A DNA stretch of 63,873 nt, filler included, from Piptocephalis cylindrospora (taxonomy: Eukaryota), in assembly GCA_003614145.1 (NCBI GenBank). It is 3 parts of 3 records of this genome, joined end to end, with 100 filler letters (N's around TTAATTAATTAA, not from the genome) between each part and the next. Parts side by side here need not be neighbours in the genome. Positions count along the whole stretch, not along the records: positions 22,117 to 44,125 come from KZ987803.1; 2 more parts are not named here. One strand, 5' to 3'. Position numbers and translations under genes: made by a program. How positions within the stretch are numbered: position 1 is the stretch's first letter; the number at the start of each line of letters is the position of its first letter. Below the pieces are notes generated by a model, which did no database searches, had not been told where the DNA came from, and worked only from the letters and a program-made list of their open reading frames with translations. Of the stretch, positions 25,916 to 37,619 are shown piece after piece.

Positions 25916-28669
25916 CTACCGCTGATGCTGACGGTTGGTCATACGGAGAGCAACATACCCGAGAATTCGGAGGACCACACCAATGATGAATGTGAGCGCC
26001 ACGTCCATTCCATATCGATCCAGGGTATACCCGTAGTAGTCGGCTGATACGTCAACCATGTAGAGGCCTCGGTAGGGCTCCACGTACTTGAAGAAGTAGG
26101 CCTCAGCAAACCACCGAGTATAGCTCATCTCCCACACCCATTGCAAGCGCCAGTCGGATGTTTCGTGCAAGTTGGGCCCATACCCATTGAATACAGAGAG
26201 GATGAGACAGAGAATGGAGGCAAGGAGAGGACCATTGGCGCGGGACACGATGATCGAGACAATCTCCGACACACCGTAGACACAAAAGAACTGGAGGAGG
26301 ACCAGAGGGAAAATAGTGGAAAGATCTGGATCCGTCCGGGAGATGGTGTGGTAAAAGGCCGTATAGTGTAGGGCTCCTAGGCCAATGCGGTACAGGGTGG
26401 AGAGGACCTTACCGGTGAAGTAGGCAACCTTGGAATGACCAGATGCAGCCTCCCGCCAATAGACGGATTTTTCCTCGCCAAAGGTTCGGACGGCCGCGGG
26501 GCTCCCGGACACGCTGATGGACATGGAGATAAGCATGCACATCTGGGGCACCATGGTCTCAAAGGGCGAAAGGGAGAGTGGGGTGTACGGGGAAATTAGG
26601 GCGCCAATGTACAATTGTCCCGCCCGATTCATAATGGCTAGGCCTAGAAGTACACCAGCAATAGCGGCCACGCCGTACTCGAAGATCAGGGAGAGGGGAC
26701 GACGATACTGCTGTAGAAGACTACGTTGATGACACAACCAGATCTGACGGAGATGGGAGGCCCCTCGATCCTGAATCATCCTCTTCCACATGGCCTTTGT
26801 GGCCACATGCTGGGGACGTAGGGACACCTCATCCGCCTCACTCCCGGATCCCAGAGCCGTCTTCTCTTCCTTATCCTTATCCTCCTCCCGATTCGCGGGG
26901 CCTACGACAACTTCCTCCATGATAGCATTGGAGGGGGCATTTTTCTTTTCCAAGTCATCGGATGAACCCATACGGAAGGAGAGAGCCCGACGAAACCTTC
27001 CGCCAAAAGGGCCCTTCCGCTTGGAGATATTGGAGGCCGAGTTGGAGGCAGTGGCCGAAGAGAAGCCTCTCTCACCCGGTGCGCTTCCTTGTTTGTTCTG
27101 AACACCCTCCCAGATCTGGGCAAGCTCCTCGACGGTGGGCAGATGTGCATTTTGGGTGGCCCCACTCAGATCCGACGGAGCCTCTCCATGGCCTGAGAGG
27201 ATATCCATGAGAATGTCAGCGGGATTGGCATGAGGATCAAAGTAGAAGCCCATGGACTGAAAGTGCTGGACAGATCCTTCCACAGGTCCGTGATAGCAGG
27301 TGAAGCCACCGGGGGCAATGAGGAGGACATCGTCAAAGGCCTGAAAGATTTCATATCTGGGCTGATGGATAACGGAGACGACGGTGAGTCCAACGCGGGC
27401 GACGCTCCGAAGCGTTCGAGCTAGGCTCAGGGCGACGGTGGAATCCAGCCCCGAGGTGGGCTCATCCAGGAAGAGGGCAAAGGGGGCAGCAGCCAGTTCA
27501 ATGCCAATGTTGACTCGTTTCCTTTGACCTCCGCTCAGACCTCGACTCACCTCGTCCCCGACAGGGACCGAGGCGACGGCGGAAAGGCCCAAGGCCTCAA
27601 GGACGGCATCAACATACGTCTCCACCTCGGCCTTGGTCCAGGATCGAGGAAGACGGGTGTGGGCCGAATGGGCAATGATCTCCCGGGCTGTGAGTTCCCG
27701 GATCATCACGTCCTCCTGGGGGACGTACCCGATGAGCTTCTTGTACTGAGGGATCTTGGAGGGAACACCGTTGATAAAAACCTTACCCTCCGTCCCATTC
27801 ACCTTGCCGAGGAGGACATTGAGGAAAGTGGTCTTTCCTGCGCCGGAAGGGCCCATGATGGCGGTGAACCTCCCAGAATGTAGGCCTCCCGTGACACCTC
27901 TGAGAATACGTTTTCCTGAAGGTAGGGTAAGACCTAGACGATCAAAGGTAAAATCAAAATGAAAGTTTCCACCTCTCCCCGGATCGCTGGCCTCACTGTC
28001 CTTGGAGGAGGAGGAGGAGGGCATGTAGGAAGCCCGACGGAAGCCGCTGACCAAGGCCGATGCCTTGACCATCCGATCAGCTTGTCCCTCATCCATCCCT
28101 TCATCCTCCCTGTAGGTGTCATGCTCATCAGAGTGAGGATCAGTGGTGACAGTGGCGCCTGGAGACGCATCAAAGGGGTTGGGTGAAACAGACGAGGCTA
28201 AAGCGGCGTTGCTGGTGAGGGCCTGATGCTTCCGGTCCGTCTTCTTCCCCCGCCATCTCATGTAGAAGATGGAAGAGAAGAGTAGGGCATCGACGATGAT
28301 AAGGACGATGATACTAGTGATCTCTACCCTTCCAATGGTGCCCTCCTCACACAAATTAATTCCACCACACGACCGAGGCACGGTGGTGCCTGCGGGGCAA
28401 AAGTAGCCCTTGGGGCACCGATGCATGGTCTGGGGATCAGGGCAATAGTAGCCGCGAGGACAGACAACAGGCTCGAATTGGCCCTGGGCCGGGCACCACA
28501 GCTGGTACAAGCGGGACACGGCGCATTCCTGGGTGGGAGGGCATGCCTGGGGTAGGGATGCGGGGTTGGAAGCGGTGGTATTGGGACAGTAGAAGCGGTC
28601 AGCACAAGTGAATTGGTCGGAGATGACTTGAGGCTGACCACCCGAGTAGCAAGTGGCGTTGGTGGCCAT
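25916..28669 (-). CDS. ABCG half-transporter with Cys-rich N-terminal domain (CPxGYYCP repeats) plus one TM before the NBD; intronless, ~917 aa
   Basis: Walker A GPSGAGKTT, signature LSGGQRKR, Walker B LFLDEPTSGLD, H-loop VIHQP, C-terminal ABC2 TM domain (REAASG, SYTRWFAEA). First in-frame ATG at 28669. Confidence 0.92.
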   Translation of the reverse strand: MATNATCYSGGQPQVISDQFTCADRFYCPNTTASNPASLPQACPPTQECAVSRLYQLWCPAQGQFEPVVCPRGYYCPDPQTMHRCPKGYFCPAGTTVPRSCGGINLCEEGTIGRVEITSIIVLIIVDALLFSSIFYMRWRGKKTDRKHQALTSNAALASSVSPNPFDASPGATVTTDPHSDEHDTYREDEGMDEGQADRMVKASALVSGFRRASYMPSSSSSKDSEASDPGRGGNFHFDFTFDRLGLTLPSGKRILRGVTGGLHSGRFTAIMGPSGAGKTTFLNVLLGKVNGTEGKVFINGVPSKIPQYKKLIGYVPQEDVMIRELTAREIIAHSAHTRLPRSWTKAEVETYVDAVLEALGLSAVASVPVGDEVSRGLSGGQRKRVNIGIELAAAPFALFLDEPTSGLDSTVALSLARTLRSVARVGLTVVSVIHQPRYEIFQAFDDVLLIAPGGFTCYHGPVEGSVQHFQSMGFYFDPHANPADILMDILSGHGEAPSDLSGATQNAHLPTVEELAQIWEGVQNKQGSAPGERGFSSATASNSASNISKRKGPFGGRFRRALSFRMGSSDDLEKKNAPSNAIMEEVVVGPANREEDKDKEEKTALGSGSEADEVSLRPQHVATKAMWKRMIQDRGASHLRQIWLCHQRSLLQQYRRPLSLIFEYGVAAIAGVLLGLAIMNRAGQLYIGALISPYTPLSLSPFETMVPQMCMLISMSISVSGSPAAVRTFGEEKSVYWREAASGHSKVAYFTGKVLSTLYRIGLGALHYTAFYHTISRTDPDLSTIFPLVLLQFFCVYGVSEIVSIIVSRANGPLLASILCLILSVFNGYGPNLHETSDWRLQWVWEMSYTRWFAEAYFFKYVEPYRGLYMVDVSADYYGYTLDRYGMDVALTFIIGVVLRILGYVALRMTNRQHQR

Positions 28670-31600
28670 GAGGGGGAGAGGAAGGAAGGCGAAGAGGAGG
28701 TACGATGGAGGCGAGAGCGAGAGGAGATTGAATGCCAAAATAACACTAGAAGAGGGGGAAGGGAGTAAGGGACAATGAAATAGACAATAGCGCGCGCACG
28801 TCGCCAATGGCCAAGGACGAAAAGAGAAGTGGTGATGACGAGGGAAAAGAGAGGGTAGAAGGGTAAGGGCGGTGGATGAAGAAAGGTACAGGCGGATGGA
28901 TAGAGGGAAAGGTTGGAAGAAATCAGGGGGAGTGACCCCTTTAAGTAGTCTTTTACCAAGACTGGCCCTCTTCTAAGGAAGATGGTTGGACGATTGATTG
29001 ATTGATTTGGGCGAGGATCAACCAAAGACTTTTGCTGGGGGTACCCGTGTGGGAGGGAAGGAGGTGGAGAGAGCGCAAGGGTAAGGGCGGATGCGTCGTT
29101 GGCGTATATAGAGAAGGATGGGAGGGGCATGAGATGTCGATGGGAGTGGGCCCAGCCAGGTAACCCAGAACCCAGAAACCCAGAACCCAGGGAAGCCAGG
29201 TGTGGGAGGAAGGTGTCTATTTCCGTCAGTGTGTGCCAGATGGTCGGGGTGGTTGTATGCTAGATTCATGAACAGCAACGGTCTCCCTTTTTCCCTGTTT
29301 GATTCCTACTGCTAGTGATTTGGTCCCCGCCTCATCCACATTTTTCCCAAGAGATATGTGTCTCACTTTTCATGGGTTTACGAGAAAAAAGAAATCGAGC
29401 ACTGGGGTGGTGGGGTGGTGGTGGCCCTTCCATCTCTCTTGTCAGCGTTGTGTGCGCGAGCGTATGTGTGTACATGTGCATGTGCACCTTTATAAGGAAA
29501 ATTACAGTAAGCACGGGTCTAGATAGACAGAGTGGAGTAGGGAGGACATTTGTAGAAACCAGAATGAATTGTGTAGGAGCAGATAAGGAAAAATAAAGGA
29601 TTGGGAGTCTGGACAGAGCAGTCAACGAGAGTGAAAAGGGAAAATGCACCGAGAGACCCTATGAAACATGTCATTTGGACCATCTGCTCCGAGGTGAATG
29701 GTAACGCATGCTGCGTTTGGACACCAGGCCCATCACTTACTGTGTGGGCGCAAAATCATATTCTTCGCCCTTCTGATGGGAGCAATCAGGTACTCAACAA
29801 CGGTGTTACCTTACAGTCATGAACCCCGGGAAGATGGGCATTCTCAGCTAGAAGGGTCTGGTACCATCGGACTCACCATTATGCGTGAGAAGACGAACGC
29901 GGAAATCCTATAAACAACACGCATCCATCACGCGTATGGAACCATGATTGCGTAATGGAGGGAAAGGAGAAATGGAACGATGGACGGACCAGAGGGAGCA
30001 TGTCATGCTCTAGGAAGAAAAGCAAACTGCACGCTTCTTATGAACCCATTGATATGGTAAAGTAAAGTGGAAGGCAGACGTAATGTATGATTGAAGACAG
30101 GGGAACCTGTAAAGACGCAGCTTCTATGTGAACCAGTGTACAAAATTAAATAACCAGCCATAATCTCATAGAGAGTATCTAGGAGCTTATGGATACGCAC
30201 AACGCGCCCGACTCATTGTCTCATATCCTTTCGATACATGTGACACCAGTAAACATGATATCTGGAAGTGGGTTGTATGTGAGGATCACACCAGACCACC
30301 ATGTCCTTACATATACATGCCATTGCACAGGTGCGCAGAAACCGTGGATTTCCTCATTTTGGCGGAGGAACCTAGGGCAACGCGATCCATCAATTATCGC
30401 GTTGCGTATTAATTAAATGACCGGATTCTTAGTAATAATAGCACCAGTACTTTTATTAATTTTGGTAACCTAGTGTACGTAGACACTTGACTTCTAAATG
30501 CCACAAAATTACCCTGGGTAAAAAAAGCACGTATTCATGCACTTGTAATCGTTTAAAAGAATCAAAGAAGCGGCTATTCCACAGGCCGTTCCTTGAATGA
30601 CGGCGCTGTTTCAAGAAACGCATGCGCTCCATCCCACCTTGTACAAAAGTCAACGTCAAAAACAACCCTTCCCGCATCATTGTCGCTATGCGTCCAAGAC
30701 ACCTGGGAGCTGCAGTTGCGTTCGTTTATCTTCATGAGTATACCTGGAGGGGTTTGCGTGGACATTGACACCGTGAGCACTGTACATCCTTTCATGGACC
30801 ATGTTAGAGAAGGTAAAAGGGATGGGAGGACCCCCTGTCGAAGATCAGGTGTGATCTACTGCATAATTCACGCCGATATCGTCAATCCAATAACTTGAGC
30901 ATCATTGTGGGAACTGCAAGGGGTCTATGGGGTCGAAATATTATCTTGGCAAAGCCCACCACCATCTCCAGGCAGTTAGTCTTATGGTGTGGCTAGAGGG
31001 CAAGAGGAAAAGTAACTTGACTTATCCACCCTTTGCCTTTACAACCCCTACGGGGGGAGAATGGCCCCAAGGGATCAGGATCGCCAGGAAGTCCAGGTAA
31101 AAGAGGAAATTAGCCCTTGTCATGCCAGAGAGAACACGAGCCAAGTGCGGAGTACAATAGAGATAAAAGAAGCCATTTTGGTGTTCATAGAGCTAGCCCT
31201 ACAAAACTCCGACACTTGGTCCGATTGGATATGACAACCCGGGTATCACGGTTCTGAGACCGCTATGCTCATTGAACCGCTGGTAGGACCGTGACAGCTC
31301 CGATGTGCACATACTGACAAACCCTTGCTTCTCATATTCGTAATTGTGGAACTAGGTATAAGCGCATCTAGCCCTACTCAAACTAAGCCGTGCAACTGAA
31401 CAGTAAGGCACCAAAGCCGATCCAGCCAGAATGCGGAAAAACACCCTCCTCCCTCTCAATGTGGGCTGATCTAACGATAACGCATAGGATAATGTATAAA
31501 AGAAAAAGGTCCACTCATTCTCCCTCATGTAAAGAAAGCCAAGGTATGGAAGATGCGGTCCAGCGGCGACGATGTCGCAGGGTACCTGTCTAGGAAGGTG

Positions 31601-31689
31601 ATGGAAGGAGAAAGGGGGGAGGCGGGGAGGCGGAGAGGTTAATGAGAAGCGCTCCAGCCCTTGGGGGCAATAGTTCAGACAACCAATAA

Positions 31690-32965
31690 TCATTCAAGCT
31701 CTTCCTCCAAGTAACTCACTGGTGAAGATGGTTCATGAGTTTTGAAAGAAAGAGGTTCCTCGGCGGTGAGGACAAGAGACTTTTGAGCAATGACACTGTT
31801 TTCCCCATCTTCATGCTCCTTTTGTTCGGTGTGAGGGATTGAAACGGTCTCCATATCCGTGTGGGGCGTTGATTGTCGGGTAAAGTGAATCCCATCATCT
31901 GTCCACTCATACTCTCGGGGATGGGCGGCAGTGCGTGGAGGCTGGGGGATCTCAGGGTAATCCCAGGGATCATACCCCAGCCCGTCTGACTGGCGAGGTG
32001 TGCCTTGGTTTGATTCGAGATCGGTAAGCCTTCCCGAGGTAGTGGACAATTCCAGAGACATAGGACGATAACTGATCCTCCTCCCACGGCTAGCATTCGC
32101 TTTGACCAATCTACGGGGGAGAGGAATATGAGTATCAAATCATACTACTACTGCCTATTAACATTTACTATCCCATCCGTGAATCCCTTACCGCACACCC
32201 CCCTCAGGATGAAGAGAACGGTAGGTGGATAGGCAACGGCGACCTAACCGTTGGACGGTCCCATCCACATGGGAAAGGCATAGGGAAACCCCCTCCTCCA
32301 CTTCCTCCCAGTACCCACCCATCCATTCAACAGCCACTACAGGAAGCATTTCGGTGAGGAGCCATGCCACATGCTGCCCAATGATCAAATCCTCCTCCAT
32401 CCTCCCCTGGCTCCCAGCTCCAATCTCCTTGAGCATCCGAACCAGGGGGGGGAACAATCCAGGGTGAGATGAAGCCCTAGTGACTGTGAGGAGTAGGGTG
32501 GGTGGGACGGTGGTGTAAGATTTGTCCGGGTCGATAATCCAGGACATCAAGGGTCGCACAAGCTCCTCCAGGGTCTCAATAGCGACCATGGGCCGTACGA
32601 CGACGAGCGCCCGTAGGAAGGAAACAAGGTCGGGTCGGCATTCCCTTTTCCCCATCTGTGCATTTGATGCAGAAATCAGGTGGGGACCAGTAAGGTGAGC
32701 TGATTCACATTCAAGAAAACAATAAAATTAACCTTACCAAAGATTCCAATAAGGGGACCCATCGAAGTAATCGAGTCTTTAAATATCGGTCTGTGACCCT
32801 GCCCTCAACAGCCCATGCTCGCAACCGCCGAATGGCTGCACGCACCTTGAGAATATTTCCTCGAGTCAGGGGTAAAGTCAGCGCATGGTCAATACTGGCC
32901 TCCTGGGCAGCGATCTGATTGACCGGGCCGGCTAAATGGACAATTCGACGAACAAAAGCCTTCAT
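31690..32965 (-). CDS. Short, divergent CLASP/Stu1-like HEAT (TOG-like) protein; 3 exons, ~370 aa
   Basis: Introns 32656-32737 and 32111-32191 join three ORFs in frame. HEAT-like pattern ending EEVEEGVSLCLSHVDGTVQRLGRRCLSTYRSLHPE resembles the end of CLASP_N; S/T-rich tail. Confidence 0.5.
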
Positions 32966-33006
32966 GAATCAAAGAATGCTGATAGTAATAGTAATGGCAA
33001 GACTGA

Positions 33007-33007
33007 G

Positions 33008-33039
<32 letters not shown>

Positions 33040-33044
33040 GGAGA
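33007..33044. repeat. (GA)n microsatellite
   Basis: Direct repeat upstream of the CLASP-like gene. Confidence 0.8.
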
Positions 33045-34371
33045 GCGCTGAATCCTCCACTGACTCGTCACTCCCCCAAAACAGTATCCAATTATTGGGA
33101 TGGGGAAGAAGGAGTATACGTGGCACGACCGAGGATAGAGGGTAGGACAAAGACCAGGGAGGAGCGCAGCACGAGTAATGTGCAGTTGGCCTAGAAGAAG
33201 AGCGGCGATGAAAACAGAGCTGGTTTAGTCGGGTGGAGGGTTGAGGAAGAGGCGCACTAGAGAATATCTATAGAAAGAGGAAAGAAGCTAAAGTGATAAT
33301 GGGTAAGGAAGAAAAGTGGGAGAGATAATATACGGGCTCTTGGGCGGAAGTAAGGTCAAGTCAGCCTTGTTCGGCAAGGTGCGTGGAAGGTAGGGAGGTG
33401 AAGGCGGAACTTGCAGGTGACTTGCTCCTTTCTCCCTGCCTGTAAAGTTATATCCTCTCCTATACATACATTCGCCTTAGTCTGTGTTCATCGACAAAGC
33501 GCCTCTCCTTAGTCTGAGGAAAGGGACTGGATAGTCCATGCGCTTGGATGCTTCAAGGTCCGCGGCACATCAGAAACCTTTTGTCCCTGAGTGTGGGGAG
33601 TATCCTCCGCCCGTGGATTTGATCTCCCGTCATGGTACATCTCCGACACTGCCTGTCAGCTCCGAAAGAAAGTCCGCGCCTATAACAAATGTATGACTGG
33701 TGACTCTCCGCCACAACAGCATGCATTTCTCATCAAGTATGAGGCAAGGAAAGATATTAGACAATTGACACTGACAGGAAAAAATGCAGATCAGAGACTC
33801 ATGTGTCTGTCTATCCTGAAAATTCAAGTAAAATGCTAGTCATCCCATAGAGGGCAGGCAGCTGTGGGAGGCCGGCGCTTCTTTCTCATCACGGTATAGC
33901 CATCCCCTTCAAACCCTTCCTCAACTATATGTCTCATATAGTGTGACGCGGAGGAAGCGAGAAAGACAATTAGAAAACGATGAGAATGCTTCCTTAGAGA
34001 CCATCCTAAACAAGTGATTCATCCCAGAGTCATAAAGCTCCCCAATAGGTTGCATTTATATAAGCGAGAAAAGCGCCACGAGTGGAAAAAGGCCACCTAT
34101 CAAGACGGGGATATTCATGATCTTCCTTCTTTCCCACCCCGTGGATGTCCTTATCCAGATCCTCCTCCCAAGTCCTTCTCATGTCAAATGTTTAGCCCGT
34201 ATCAGTGTGTAGAGCCTCCCCCTGCCCTCCAATCTCCACAGATCTTACCTGTCAAATCCCTTCCTAGCACCCACCACTTCAGCCCCACTGCAAGCACCCT
34301 CCCTGTTCATTGTTTTTCCACATCACGAACAGAGCCTCAGGTGCTTTTTCTTTGTCCCATCACCTCCCATC

Positions 34372-35244
34372 ATGAAGCTCACTTGGAAGCCGTGGTCGGA
34401 AAGTCGGGCAGCCGTGGCCCTCAGGTATACCTCGGCCACCCTGATCCTCCTTCTGGCGTTCATATTAGAACCGTTGATCCCGGCCTTTAAACGTCATTTC
34501 TCCCCTGTCGATCCGGAGATCTCTTTCCCGTTCGCCCACTCCCCCGCAGTCCCCGTCATCTCCCTTTTCTTCCTCTCTTACTTTGTCCCCTTTGCCGCCA
34601 TCACCCTAGTGGCCCTGTCTTTTCACCGCCGGTGGCACCACTATCACTTTGCTGTCCAGGGCCTCTTGTGCTCCCTGGCCTTCACAGCCCTTATTACTCA
34701 TGTCCTGAAAAACACCGTGGGTAGACCCAGGCCCGACCTCCTGGCTCGATGTCAGCCCCAGATCCCGGAACCTGTGCCCATTCTCGTTGACGTATCGATA
34801 TGCCAGGAACAAAATGAGTACTTGATCAATGATGGCTTCAAGTCCTTTCCCTCGGGTCACTCCTCCTACTCCTTTGCAGGCCTAGGCTACCTAGGGTTTT
34901 ACCTGGCTGGCCAGGTTCGTCTTCTACGTGCACACACCCCACCCTGGAAGTCCCTCATTGTCCTCCTTCCCTTCCTCATGGCCCTGCTGGTAGCCGTCAG
35001 TCGGATTTCAGATTATCGGCATCACTGGTCGGATGTTTTGGTGGGGTCGGCAATTGGCGCTTCCTGTGCTTGGTACTTTTATCGTCGTCATTTTCCCGCT
35101 GTCGGATCCCCCGTATGCTCGGCTCCATACGCTGAAGATGTAGACACGAATGGGATGATTGAGGATGATCTGGTCGTTCTTGAGGAAACCCGATACCGCA
35201 TTGCCCACACCCCTTATTCCCGTCCTGGTAGTCCTCTCTCTTAA
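34372..35244 (+). CDS. DPP1: PAP2-family lipid phosphate/diacylglycerol pyrophosphate phosphatase (Dpp1/Lpp1-like)
   Basis: Three catalytic motifs KNTVGRPRP, SFPSGHSS and SRISDYRHHWSDV; about six TM segments; intronless, 290 aa. Confidence 0.93.
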   Translation: MKLTWKPWSESRAAVALRYTSATLILLLAFILEPLIPAFKRHFSPVDPEISFPFAHSPAVPVISLFFLSYFVPFAAITLVALSFHRRWHHYHFAVQGLLCSLAFTALITHVLKNTVGRPRPDLLARCQPQIPEPVPILVDVSICQEQNEYLINDGFKSFPSGHSSYSFAGLGYLGFYLAGQVRLLRAHTPPWKSLIVLLPFLMALLVAVSRISDYRHHWSDVLVGSAIGASCAWYFYRRHFPAVGSPVCSAPYAEDVDTNGMIEDDLVVLEETRYRIAHTPYSRPGSPLS

Positions 35245-35461
35245 CCGTGCCTTGGTGAGTTGGCTGAAGAGGGAATATGAGCTTGCCATTCCTTCAGCAG
35301 TAGTAGACTATGCACATATCCTCCCTGATCCTGAGTGCCTCCCCCCCATGAATACAAATAAACTAAAGTAATTTTATGACAACGTCCCAGAAGTTGCATC
35401 ATCTCTTTTCATTGAATCTTCCTTCCTGCTCCTCGATAAATCAAGCACTCTCCTCTTCTCT

Positions 35462-35933
35462 TCACAGCCAGTCGACTTCAGTGTTGGTGGGAATGTGCCG
35501 CTTCGTCGCTTTGTACGCCGGGGCCGATTCGCCAACCTTCCAGTTCGGCACACCCTGCATGGCCCAGGCCTCCCGCTCTTCCTGAGCCCGGGTACGGCGG
35601 TACACATCTCTGTCCGTTTCGGCCTGAAGAAAGGGAACAAGGTAGATGCGCCCCCATAGTTTTTCCCTCTGAAGCTCACTACCAAGGCGTGGTTAGAATG
35701 GAAAGAGCGAGGGTGAGTCACCTAACCTCTACCAACACTAACACCAACACCTTTAAAATCCCTTACAAGGTTTCTCGTCGCCCCTCCATAACCCGGTAAA
35801 ACCCATAAGCCATGATACTCGTGATGGATACGGCAAGGGTGAGGCCAGAGGGCCCCTTCTTGGGAAGAAACCGCTTGTACCGGATGGGCTTAAAGCCTCC
35901 CGTAGGGGGCATTTCCTGGATAGGCGTGTTCAT
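35462..35933 (-). CDS. NDUFA13: NADH:ubiquinone oxidoreductase subunit A13 (GRIM-19/B16.6); 2 exons, 127 aa
   Basis: Hand translation: MNTPIQEMPPTGGFKPIRYKRFLPKKGPSG...YGFYRV / ELQREKLWGRIYLVPFLQAETDRD...MQGVPNWKVGES. Intron 35679-35766. Not in the ORF track. Confidence 0.93.
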
Positions 35934-36368
35934 GGTAGGATGCGTCGATGGAGGGGCCAGGAGGGATAGAGAACCCGGGCTTATGTGTTGTTGTGGAGGT
36001 GAACGAATGTAAGAGGGGAAGGAAACTTTAGTGGTGTGGATGTGGAGAGGGAGGCCTCAAAGGATTGTTCTCCTCCAGCTCTGTGTTGATGAGATCTGGG
36101 TGATGTGGTGGTGTGGTGTAGCATAGGCGGTCTATCAAATTTGTGATGGCCGATTTTAGTGAATATCAGTGTAAAATTTAATTACTAGATCGCATTCAGT
36201 CGTCCTGTAAAAAGGTGTTGATTAAAAGAACCCAAGGTAAAAGGTCACCCAATTTCGTTGAAATAATCTCATCATGGAACACCTGCCTATCCCTTCATTC
36301 TTGCATTATTAAAATCACTCACACATCCAAATAGGACTTGTAAAAGAAAAATCATGTATTTTCTAGCG

Positions 36369-37619
36369 CTAGGAGTTAATCAAAGCCTTGGCATGAAGGA
36401 TCAGATCATTTACCTCCGTGATCAACCCAAGATATCCAAGAGAAAGGAGTCCTAATTCCTCGTTCAGCTTCTTCGAGATAGTGGAGAGAAAGGAAAAGAC
36501 CCGCTCATATTTGGACTTTATGGAGCGATAGTTCTCGGAGGTGATATCGATACCCTCGTTGAATACGGTAAATGCTTCGCGAAGTGGCAACACAGGTTTA
36601 GTCGGCTTGCCCTGCTCCATCCATTCTTGTACCGCGCGTGCACTCTCAATGCTAGACCTAGCACAAAAGTAGTGACGGCGGCCTTTTCCATCGAGAGCGT
36701 TGGCTTTCTGCGAGTTTAAATACCACTGGAACCTCTCCAAATCATTAAGCACTCGAATAATGTGCATGACCAAGATGGACCGTAGAGTCACCTGGGAAAG
36801 GGTAGAGACGGTCCCATCCACCATGGCTGAAAACATTTTAGGCGGGAATTTAACGGTTTGTGGCCGAGAAGCCTTATTGGCGTCGGTAAGAAATATACTC
36901 GTTTCAAGAGCCATATCTGAAGTCTTTATCTTCCGGTCATTATAAACGGCCTTATTAAGCTCAGGATACTTTTGACTAAACTCTAAGAGCGCCTTGACCA
37001 AATAGATCAAGTTGTCCGCAGTAGATATGAGATACACACGGATGGATTTCTTTTCTAGAGACATCGGAGGGTTCCGGATGATTTCGAGGCTGTCAGGGAG
37101 ATGTTCGTCGAAAAACTGATGTGTTTGACGTAGGAGAGACTGAATTTTTTTGGTCCCAAAGTCCCAATCTATCTTCATAGTATGGTAGTCTTGCTGCAGT
37201 ATGCTGAGTTCGCGAGAGCGCGGAGACGATGGAATGGAGGGTGATAGAAGCTTCTTTCGAAGCTCCTTTAACGAGTAAAACTCGTCAAAGAAGATATTGA
37301 AATTTAAAGTATCTAGCAACTGTGGCTTGTACACCTGCAACTGATGTTTGATTTTAACCCCTGCGACTAGCATCCCAAAGGTCGGCAAAGGCCTAGAGGG
37401 GGCCATGGTATCGTGACCCAAGAGAGGGCTGGAGTGCGAGGAGACAATCGAGGCTGGACGAGGTTCATGACTACGGGCGGAATTTAAGACGCGATGGTTG
37501 TAACTAGGAGAGGAAGGAGAATGGACTGGGGAAAATCTTCGTTTCCCATCGCCTGGAAAAGCCTTGGTTGAACCATTAGAAAGGGAGAGAAGAGCAAGGA
37601 TGGGGAGTAGGAGCTGCAT
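36369..37619 (-). CDS. Orphan secreted protein, 416 aa, intronless, probably alpha-helical
   Basis: Long ORF with signal-peptide-like MQLLLPILALLSLSNGSTKA and a dibasic KRR shortly after; no family recognised. Confidence 0.75.
   Translation of the reverse strand: MQLLLPILALLSLSNGSTKAFPGDGKRRFSPVHSPSSPSYNHRVLNSARSHEPRPASIVSSHSSPLLGHDTMAPSRPLPTFGMLVAGVKIKHQLQVYKPQLLDTLNFNIFFDEFYSLKELRKKLLSPSIPSSPRSRELSILQQDYHTMKIDWDFGTKKIQSLLRQTHQFFDEHLPDSLEIIRNPPMSLEKKSIRVYLISTADNLIYLVKALLEFSQKYPELNKAVYNDRKIKTSDMALETSIFLTDANKASRPQTVKFPPKMFSAMVDGTVSTLSQVTLRSILVMHIIRVLNDLERFQWYLNSQKANALDGKGRRHYFCARSSIESARAVQEWMEQGKPTKPVLPLREAFTVFNEGIDITSENYRSIKSKYERVFSFLSTISKKLNEELGLLSLGYLGLITEVNDLILHAKALINS

Noticed and set aside
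35374..35721. 115-aa minus-strand ORF in the track
   Set aside because: Wrong frame; the region is the intron and exon 2 of NDUFA13 in another frame.
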